DNA of 64,000 bases from Octopus sinensis (Eukaryota): contig NC_042998.1 in NCBI RefSeq assembly GCF_006345805.1, positions 202,058,001 to 202,122,000 on the forward strand. Direction: 5' to 3'. The notes under the pieces were generated by a model. That model saw nothing but the letters and a program-made list of their open reading frames with translations. It made no database searches and was not told the origin of the DNA. The position numbers and the translations under genes are program-made. Below are positions 54,690 through 64,000 of this stretch, one piece after another. Each line of letters starts with the position of its first letter. The first letter of the stretch is position 1.

Positions 54690-57600
54690 TGCATGTATGT
54701 ATATGTACGTAGTATATTTATATGTTCACGAATATATTTTGAATGTTACGGCATTTAAGTAATATCGGCATCATATTTAAAGACACACACGTACTAATCC
54801 AGTACGCACACCACACAGCATGCATAGAAGTACTTGTTATATACTAAATGAATTATAAAGAATATCTTAAACGTATGATCTGGGAATACATTCACATTCC
54901 AAATATTGTTGTCGATACAGAAATGCATATATATATATATAATATATATATATATATGCATCTATGTATGTATTCCGCATTCGATACATACATACATATA
55001 TTCAAAAATATATACATATACTTGTGACTGCACATGTATTTCGTCTATTTCAACGCATGTGCGTATGTGTATAATTATAAACGTGTATATGCATATTGTT
55101 ATATCTGCATATGTAACTGATTGTGTATACATAAATATAATAACTGTAAATACATGCGGCACGTATCTTCATCTTTTCTCATCATTTTGTAATATGAGAA
55201 GTATTATTAATATTTTTAGAAAATATAAATCTTTTCTTAACGGGTTATATTATTGAATAACTATTTTATTTCCGTGATTTCACAAAAGCCATGCATTGTT
55301 GACTTAGTGTCACGACTTCCGAGTAAGACAGGGGAAGATAAGGAATAATGTAAAAGTATGAATTTTTATGTTCTTCATTAAATTTTGTATTTAATGTTAT
55401 TTAGTTTCAGAGAAAATTGACAAATGACAACACGATATTTTTAGTTAAAAATCGTAAATTTTAGCACTTCAAAAGCACACAAATTGTTCACTGCTAAATC
55501 TTTTGTTAGTAAATCCCCAGACTATGTTGTTGGTGTTCAGAAATTAATAGGACTAAAATGAGAAAACAGAAATAAAACCGAAAACATGAATGGAAAGAAA
55601 GAACAGGACTTATTGGGGAGAAATAAATGACAAATGGCGTTTCAGCCGAAAGGGGACTCATCTCTTTGCACACCAGATTGTCTGAAGAGTCCTTCGATAC
55701 TGGTGACCTTATGAGTTATTGAATGTTTTGACTGCATTTTGTAGCAGACCGAGAGGCAGTGTCGAAATTCCATACACTTGGGTACGTAAACATCTAGAAA
55801 CCTTTGATCTCACTTCTGATTCTCTAATTATTCATGAATTATCAGTGTTTCTCCACACCTCTTTCAGAGTATTAATGCATACTCTAAACAGATTATGTGT
55901 TCATAGTTTTGTTTTTCGTTATGAGCAGAAATGTAAGTAAACACTATTCGTTATGACTTCCACTAAGTTTTAGGAACGAATCCTAACAGTAGTTCAGTGT
56001 TTGCAATTTATTCTCTCATATTGAATCAAATCCCCAAGTTTTAATATTGAATCCGGAAAGACGCACCTCAAATTTGCCAATGCCGTGTTTACAAGTACAA
56101 AAGAAACGAAATGTGTAACCCACGTTAAATTCCAGATAACACAATATACACTATACAACTCTTGAGTAATTAATGAACTGGCGGAGTCCATTATTCTGCC
56201 ATTTTTCTAATGTAATATCAATGCATTTCTCATTTGAACAGAATCGAGATATTTTAGGATGGGTTATAGTTGATAAAGTATCGTTGTTTAACATATAATG
56301 CATGTATTTGTCTGGTATTATAATTTACCGACATTCGAACGACGAAGGGAAGATCGATTATAAAGGGATTAAAACTCAGAAATGTAATTCTGATCATAAA
56401 ATATAATAAAAAATAATTCTGCAATTGTCTTAAGGGCAACAGTATCATAACTACTGTAGGCCAATGATAATAGAACTGTGAAAGGGCGTGTACAACGCTT
56501 TGCAATTATAAATGCTCCAACATATGGAATTATAAATGCAATTGTAAATGCTCCAAAATATGTAAAAATTCACTCACACACACACACACAAACACACACA
56601 TGAGTACACACATATGTATCATTTTAATTACTATTATTTCATTGCGCATTGAGGATGTAGCATACTGGGTTTTCTTGTTACTCCTTGTTGCTGTCACGCA
56701 AGTGCCTTACGCAGAAGCCCGGTTTCAAAAAGCCTTACGCAGAAACACGGTTTCAAAGCAGAATGAGTTTTGGAACGCATGTCTGCTATGACGTGTAATG
56801 TGTCCAGATTGTATTATAGTCTCTGTGGAAACCTATGATGATAAAGGGTATAACGTTCATTGATATGACCCCCATATTCTTGATATAACATACCGAAAAG
56901 TGTTTTAGTTATTGGATTATTGTTTAATCTTTAGTTGGATTTCTCACTGCAACTCACCCCCTGTTCCGCAACAAAGTTTACTATTTCTGACATTCTGTGT
57001 GTCTCTGGGGAGCTCTCATAACTCGTTTTGTTTCCTTCTTATTTTTTTTCATAAATGACAGTTATTTAGTTTTTAACATGAAGTTCTTTCTTCTCTTCAA
57101 GTTTAACCCAAGTTAGTCTACAAAATATTTAAATATATTTTCTTTACACTATGCAATTTTCTTCCCATTCCACGCAATCTGAAATGCTATGTTCTGTACT
57201 TCCATTCGTTCGTTTTATGCATAAACGATTGACATTCGCCTTTGGATACAGCGCTTCATGCATAATTAGGCTTATTCTCGTTTTCCTGTCAATGCATCTA
57301 CTTCATCTTTCTTCCACTTCAAAATTCCAACATCTATAACACATGAGCGTAACTGCCCACATTCCTTGAGTTATGCTTCGAATTCATACAGGCTTTAATC
57401 TCTTCAAACATATAGTTTTCATTTTCCCATTATTTCCATACACATTATAACATTGAGTTACACAGTGACTAGATACTTGTATTCTATACATTGACATTAG
57501 ATTCTGAAATGCATGCACCCCATAAAATTATTTCCATTAAATGGGTTCGCTTTCTTTCTTCACGGATGAAGTCGCAGATTTTGACAAGCCAAACGTCATT

Positions 57601-57930
57601 CCCATATTACTACAGCACGCCTTCATCATTTCACCTCGTGAATTTTTCTCCGTTTTTTTTTTCTTTCTGTAATGCAAATATATATTTATTTAAATATATA
57701 TTTATTCCACACATGAGGAATTTCTGATCTGTCTAAGATGCATTTCTCACTAGTTTTGTAGCCCATGTTGACAATCCAATCCTAATTTCTCATTGAGACA
57801 AGTATTAAATCTGTAACAAATAACACGAGGGAGAAACAATTCTCGTGGAAGATATTTCTTTCAACGCCTACACTTCCATGTCATTTCATGTTTACCACCA
57901 AGTTCTCTTCTCTGTTTATTGCTTCAACAC

Positions 57931-57932
57931 TA

Positions 57933-58012
<80 letters not shown>

Positions 58013-58127
58013 TATATACATATACATATATATATACATATATATACATATATATACATATAATATATATATACATATACATATACATATATATATATAT
58101 ACATATACATATATATATATATATATA

Positions 58128-58220
<93 letters not shown>
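57931..58220 (+). repeat. (TA)n/(TATACA)n microsatellite, target of the PLE
   Basis: Directly visible; one of dozens of (TA)n/(CA)n tracts in the window. Confidence 0.95.
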
Positions 58221-58222
<2 letters not shown>

Positions 58223-60112
58223 CAAAGAGGCCGATAAAGGGAGTGCTGTTGTCTTAATGGACACGACATTTTACATAACTTTGGTACTTTCTATGCTGGA
58301 AGACACAACATACTATGAAAAGGCACAAAACTACAGTCAACAAAAAATAATGAGGGAACTAAAATCTATATTAAACCCATACAAAGCAGGGCTCACCGAC
58401 AAAGAATATGATTATATGACCAATTTCACAAGTAAAACTAGCCAATTCTACGGTATACCTAAGATCCACAAAAGTGAAAAAATAAGCAACGCATGCAAGA
58501 TAGCTACAGACAAAATAATTAAAGTCCCTAATCCTAATGACCTCAAATTGAGACCCATAATAGCAGGTCCCGCATGCGAAACCCACCGCCTCAGAAACTT
58601 TTTAGACACCCTGTTAAAACCACTCCTCAAACATGTCAAAAGCTATATAAGGGACGACTTAGATATGCTCAATCACCTACCGAATACTATAAACAAAAAC
58701 ACCATACTGGTATCCTTCGATGTAGTCAACCTCTACTCCAATATCCCCCACAACCTAGGACTAGAGGCAATCCAATTCTGGCTAGTGAATCACGCCAACG
58801 AACTACCACACCGCATCAAAAAAGAATTTGTGATAGAAGGGGTCAAATTCATCCTGGAAAATAACTTCTTCGCCTTCAATGACAACTTCTACCGACAAAA
58901 ATCGGGGACTGCGATGGGTACACGAATGGCCCCCTCCTTTGCCAACCTAGTCATAGGATACCTAGAGATCAGTCTGTATCGTAAGGTTCTAGAAAGATAT
59001 GGCAGCCCTTTCTCCATCTACATAGAAAACAACTGGAAGAGATATCTAGATGACTGTTTTATCCTTTGGCATAAAAATATAGAAAAACTCATAGAATTCC
59101 AGAAAATTTTAAACGGACTGGACGTAAACATCCAATTCACGATGGAATATAGCCAACAACAACTCCCCTTCCTCGATATCCTCATTAAGAAAGCTAATAA
59201 TATAATAGAAACAGACATATACTATAAGCCTACAGACTCTAAGCAATATTTTCCATTCAATTCATGCCACCCCAGACACACCAAGATGAATATCCCCTTC
59301 AATCTAGCAAAAAGGATATGCACTATAGTCTCTAACGCAAACACCAGAGACACACGACTACAAGAACTAAAAGATACCCTAATGACCAGGAACTATCCAC
59401 CTTCACTTATTGACAAGTGCATTCAACGTGCCCTTCAACTTAACATCAAGGAACTGAGACATCCCAAATCAAAGAAAAACTTACAACCAAAAGCCTTACC
59501 ATACATCTCCACACACAACCCTCTCAATAACGAAGCCTTCGACACCATCCTCCACAACATACCCCTCCTAAAAAAAGACCACAGAATGAACACAATCCTC
59601 CAAACACACACGATCATAAAAAGCAAAAGACAGCCTAGATCCATGAAAAGTCTCCTTACACAAGCCCGAATTCACTCCTCAACACAGAAGCCGACAGTAA
59701 AAAAATGTGGAAGACCCAATTGCGGGATATGCGACTATCTAATGAGGGATCAGAGTTCTCCTTCAAGCAGGGACAACGGTTTACAGTGAAAAGCAACTTC
59801 ACATGTGCTTCGGAGAACCTAATATACTCACTAACCTGCTCCGGGTGTCAAGAGCAGTACATAGGCCAAACAAAAAATGGTTTGCGTAAACGAATGGCCC
59901 TGCACAGATCCCAGATAAAAATTCCCCAAAACAGAAAAATAGCTTTTAGCCAACACATAGATACTTGCGCCAACAAAAAAACACCAAACTTCAGAATTTT
60001 CCCCCTCTACCAATTTAGGGACAATACAACCTCGAGACAACGAATAAGTAAAGAAAATCTCTTTATTACAAAATACAAGCCACTTCTTAACGGGTCTACG
60101 ACAAATAATTAA
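58221..60112 (+). CDS. PLE reverse transcriptase-GIY-YIG endonuclease (N-truncated, one frameshift at ~59742)
   Basis: [76 protein letters not shown], then in the next frame [25 protein letters not shown]...[14 protein letters not shown]. Confidence 0.95.
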
Positions 60113-60244
60113 TATACCTCAACTTTAGAATAAAAGAAAAAAATATATATACACACACAAATATTACACTCCATAGAATCCATTACTAATCAGCCCCTTC
60201 ATAGCTAAACTTACACCCATTCATATTCTCCCTTCTCTGTTTTT

Positions 60245-60248
60245 TTCT

Positions 60249-60283
<35 letters not shown>

Positions 60284-60482
60284 ATCATCATCATTATCAT
60301 CATCATCGTCGTCATCATCATCACCACCATCATCACCACCATCTTCTCCTTCTCCTCCTTCTTCTTCATCATCATCATTATCATCATCATCGTCGTCATA
60401 ATCATCACCACCACCACCATCGTCATCTTCTCCTTCTCCTTCTCCTTCTCCTTCTCCTTCTTCTTCTTCTTCTTCTACTTCT
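60245..60482 (+). repeat. (CTT)n/(CAT)n/(CTCCTT)n compound microsatellite in the PLE 3' region
   Basis: Directly visible. Confidence 0.9.
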
Positions 60483-60837
60483 CCACCCCCTACCCCTTAA
60501 CTTTGTCACTAATGTTTTTTAGTATAACACCTACGCTAATTCTATAAACAAGCCTGTCAATATAAATATTCTCCTGAATTGAACTGAGACTGCCAGCCGC
60601 CACTGACCATTCAAAATACGACCATCAGGGCACTCCCAGATTCTCCCATCCCCCTTTCCCCACCAGCCTTCTTCCTCTACTACCCTTCCAAGAACTCACA
60701 ACGACCTCCGACACACAAGTGCAAACAAGGGAGTCAGAGAAAGGCAGAATGCCACTTAAATCTGAACACTACTATAGAAATATTCTTTTAAAAAAACTTT
60801 TCTTCTAATTTTTCTAAATTTAATTATTTAATCGTTA

Positions 60838-60875
60838 CAGTTGAAAAGGTCTCAAAATGACCGAAACCGGTACTG
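60838..60875 (+). ncRNA. Minimal type I hammerhead ribozyme of the PLE (U3-A8 variant)
   Basis: cag-TTGAAAA-ggtc-tcaaaat-gacc-GAAA-CCGG-TA-ctg; stems I and II perfect; palindromic loop III as known for PLE minimal hammerheads. Confidence 0.85.
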
Positions 60876-60924
60876 AAATGTTCACTATAAAATTATTTTA
60901 GCATTTTCTATTTTTGACTTGTTT

Positions 60925-60957
<33 letters not shown>

Positions 60958-60963
<6 letters not shown>

Positions 60964-61110
60964 GGGTTCAACAAAAAAATTTACTTTACCACACACATAA
61001 CTTTTCGAAATAGCAGCCAAAGAATTTAGCTATTTCCTCTACTATAAGAAGGGTTTCCCAGACAATGTATACTCAAAAACAATTCACGTAGGCATAGAGG
61101 GAAAAATAAC
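60958..61110 (-). mobile_element. Diverged relative of the 17805-19264 unit
   Basis: ttaccacac..gaaatagcagccaaagaatttagctatttcctctacta vs ttaccacat..gaaatagcagtcaaagagttatagctatttcttctacta at ~17835-17893. Confidence 0.75.
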
Positions 61111-61180
61111 AAAAGATCACTCGTACATCGATTACTTGAGAACGCCGTTATTGACAATATATATATATATATATAGACAA

Positions 61181-61415
61181 AATGGCCTAGTGGTTAGTGC
61201 AGCGGACTCGCGGTTTCGATTCCCAGACCAGGCTCCGGCAGGGGTGGTGATCCCTGCTGTACTCTTTCACCACTCTTTCTCCCACTGTTTCTTCTGTTGG
61301 CCTGCTCGCTTAGCCAGCGAGGTGGCGTCATTCGAAATCTAAAGCAATGCGAACGCATTGTGACCAGCGATGTGTAACAACGTCTGATGGTCTGCTCGGT
61401 CACGTGATCACGTGA
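61181..61415 (+). mobile_element. tRNA-derived SINE, same head as 52776 (internally deleted) with a different tail
   Basis: aatggcctagtggttagtgcagcggactcgcggtttcgattcccagacc; tail ends cacgtgatcacgtga. Confidence 0.85.
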
Positions 61416-61467
61416 TATATATGGACAATATATATTATTGACAATATATATATATATATATATATAT

Positions 61468-61650
<183 letters not shown>

Positions 61651-62087
61651 GGTATGTAGGTAAAGATTTTCGTAAAGTTTGTAAAGACTAGTAATATTTT
61701 ATGTTGTGTCGAGGTATTACTTCCTGTCTCGCATGTTTCTACGGAATAAATAAAACGCTAAGACAAACCAACTTCAGAAATAACGAATACTGCATTATAA
61801 TAATTGCTTAATTTCTTGATGAACACATTTTACTGTTAGCAAGGTTTTAACTAACAAACAGCTCATGTGTCACTGATTTTAGTAGAAACTGCTATTACAT
61901 TAAGACAAAGGTCGTCGCTATTTATATATTAATTTATTGTTTTTGTATTGCATGCGCTATAATGAGATGAGTTTACTACAGCAGTATGAAAAATATACGC
62001 CCTCCAGCACTTACTATGAGGACACACAGACACACACATATACACACAAACACACACACGCACACATATATATTTAATTCTTCCACT

Positions 62088-62330
62088 GAATTCAGCCAGT
62101 GACTAGGGCCATGCTGGAGCACCACCTTTCCGTGTTTTGGGGTCTCGTTTCGATACGCCTTTTGGTGAACAGGTGAACTGGACGGAGCTGGTCTTCTTTG
62201 TAACACCTGGCGTAATGTGGGCTCATCAGAAATTTGTCCAGGTGTTTTTTGCAACGCTTCCACAGGTTCCTTGATTGGATATTAATTAGATGTGGTTCCC
62301 TGAAACCCAAGCTGTTGCAATACTGAGTTC
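62088..62330 (-). mobile_element. CR1/L2-group LINE 3' end
   Basis: Minus strand YCNSLGFREPHLIN..KKHLDKFL / DEPT resembles CR1-type ORF2 C-termini; the 3'UTR ends ggtggtgctccagcatggccctagtcactggctgaa. Confidence 0.65.
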
Positions 62331-62450
62331 TTATCTGAGATCATATTCTTATACTCAGATAATGAAGAAAAGAAGGAAAAGGATGAAGAGAGAATACGAA
62401 AAATGAGTACAAGACTATATGCGCACACAGACAAACACACACACACCACA

Positions 62451-62545
<95 letters not shown>

Positions 62546-62739
62546 ACACACATATATATCGCCTAAGATATTGTTTTTATGTGTCTGCATGTATGTATGA
62601 ATATATATTTTAGACAGCGCTTTGTTTAGAATATATTTTATAATTGAGAAGATAGATGAATTCTTTGTTGCATTTTGTATTCAATATACAACAAGAACGC
62701 GAAAGCAAGTACAATTTCACCTTTGAAGAACGTGTTCAC

Positions 62740-63970
62740 ATGATATTTCGAATCATGTTATTATCAGTAAGGAAGAGGTTCGGAGGTGTGAACAGTACCT
62801 GAGAAGGGAGGAAGATAGCATTAAGCTGATCCTTCCCACACAGTCAACAGAGGAAAAGCACCTCAAGACAGTTGTGTATAGAACACAGGCGGTGGAGACA
62901 AAGAAAATTGAATGGATAAAAAAGGAAGAAATTGAAGAGTGCGTAGGAGAGGCAAAGAAAAAGGCAACTTATGTTAGAAGAGGGAAAAAATTCGGTACGG
63001 TGGAGGTGAGGTTTGCCACAAAGGAAGAGGCGGACACGCGTCAGAGTTAAGATTTCGAGAGTGCTACGAGAAATAAAAACGAAATGGTTGGTTGCAGTGG
63101 TACTGGCGTCTACAGAGGACGAACCGAAACTGGGACCAGTTGGTGAAGCAAATACGTTGAACTAGCGGGGATTTGGAGTGGAAATGTGGCTCGTCGCCAC
63201 AATCGAAGACATCGAGATAATCCCCTACCACATCGTGGTTGAGAACGAAACGATGTTAAATGTTGTAGTGGAGAGAAGGAGACCTAATTGCTATCTATGT
63301 GGAGTACGAGGACGCATAAGCACCGAGAGTCCCTTATATGAATTCAAACAAAGCGAAGAGACAGTGGAAAAGGAACAAAAGAAAGAACAGATGCAGGTGA
63401 AAGTACAAACAGAAGCATAACAATTAGACAAGGACTGTACCCAAAATGATAAAGACCACAAAAAATGTGAAATGAAAGAATCAAAGGCGGAGAGCGAGGG
63501 AGTTATTAGCCCCCAAAGAAGAAAGAGATCAAAGACAAGGGAACACTCAGAAGAAAACAAAAAATATAAGGAGAAATTTGAAGCTAAGAAAAGGCAAGAG
63601 GAAGAAACAGAAAATGAACCGTATAAATTTAAGGGAGCATTTATAACATACAAAAACAATTCGGACACAGAGAGAAGAATAGCGAAAATGAAGGGACTGG
63701 TAAAAGTAAGGCTGTCGGGAGACACTTCTGACTCAAATGATGGCGGTATTTTAGTACCTGAGGAAAGTTACGACAAATTCATGGAGGGCTTCGCAAAGAA
63801 CATAAAACTGGTGAAATGGTGTCGGCTACATGAACGCCCGCCTACCATAAGGGACTATGAGAGACTAAAAAGACAAATTCAATTGTAATTTTTGTGAAAT
63901 TCATTTATGAAAAAGGGAAAGAAAATTGTCGAAATGTAACCACTCGACTTCGGGGATCGAGTGGGCATTG
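62740..63970 (+). mobile_element. Decayed ORF1-only element homologous to 30930-32600
   Basis: ..EEIEECVGEAKKKATYVRRGKKFGTVEVRFATKEEA (~62925-63035), LNVVVERRRPNCYLCGVRG, charged linker, C-terminal domain ending 63888, hairpin ccactcga/tcgagtgg at ~63940-63964. Confidence 0.75.
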
Positions 63971-64000
63971 AGCCTCATTTATATCTTTTCATATTTTCAT

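Larger units (their letters stand above)
58221..60930 (+). mobile_element. Penelope-like retroelement (Neptune-like), 5'-truncated, inserted in (TA)n
   Basis: RT + GIY-YIG coding region, ~820-bp 3' region with CTT/CAT repeats and a hammerhead, (TA)n on both sides. Confidence 0.93.

Noticed and set aside
55620-55670. GATGA-gtc..ggct-GAAAC..GTC on the minus strand
   Set aside because: Core positions 3-4 and stem I are missing.
57888-58220. N-terminal YI-repeat part of the 633-aa ORF
   Set aside because: It is translated (TA)n; the real PLE sequence begins at 58221.

Overview
Eukaryotic, very AT-rich and saturated with microsatellites. The SINE set and the (TA)n/(CA)n/(TAGA)n density point to a cephalopod, probably Octopus (inference). 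No host protein-coding gene can be supported, and almost all ORF-track entries are translated microsatellites. The window is mostly transposon remains: a nearly intact 5'-truncated Penelope-like element (RT + GIY-YIG, 58.2-60.9 kb), two decayed PLEs, RTE and CR1/L2 LINE pieces, two mariner relics, a piggyBac end, Helitron-like pieces and about a dozen tRNA-derived SINEs. The main unexplained signal is a set of short non-coding elements, mostly embedded in (TA)n tracts, that carry type I hammerhead ribozyme motifs (about a dozen by eye). Several sit in head-to-head palindromes, and one is a ~590-bp unit multimer, which suggests a retrozyme-like, PLE-dependent system. A second signal is a family of ORF1-only (RRM-like + CCHC + extra C-terminal domain) retroelements with no ORF2. 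All calls were made by eye, and boundaries are approximate unless motif coordinates are given.
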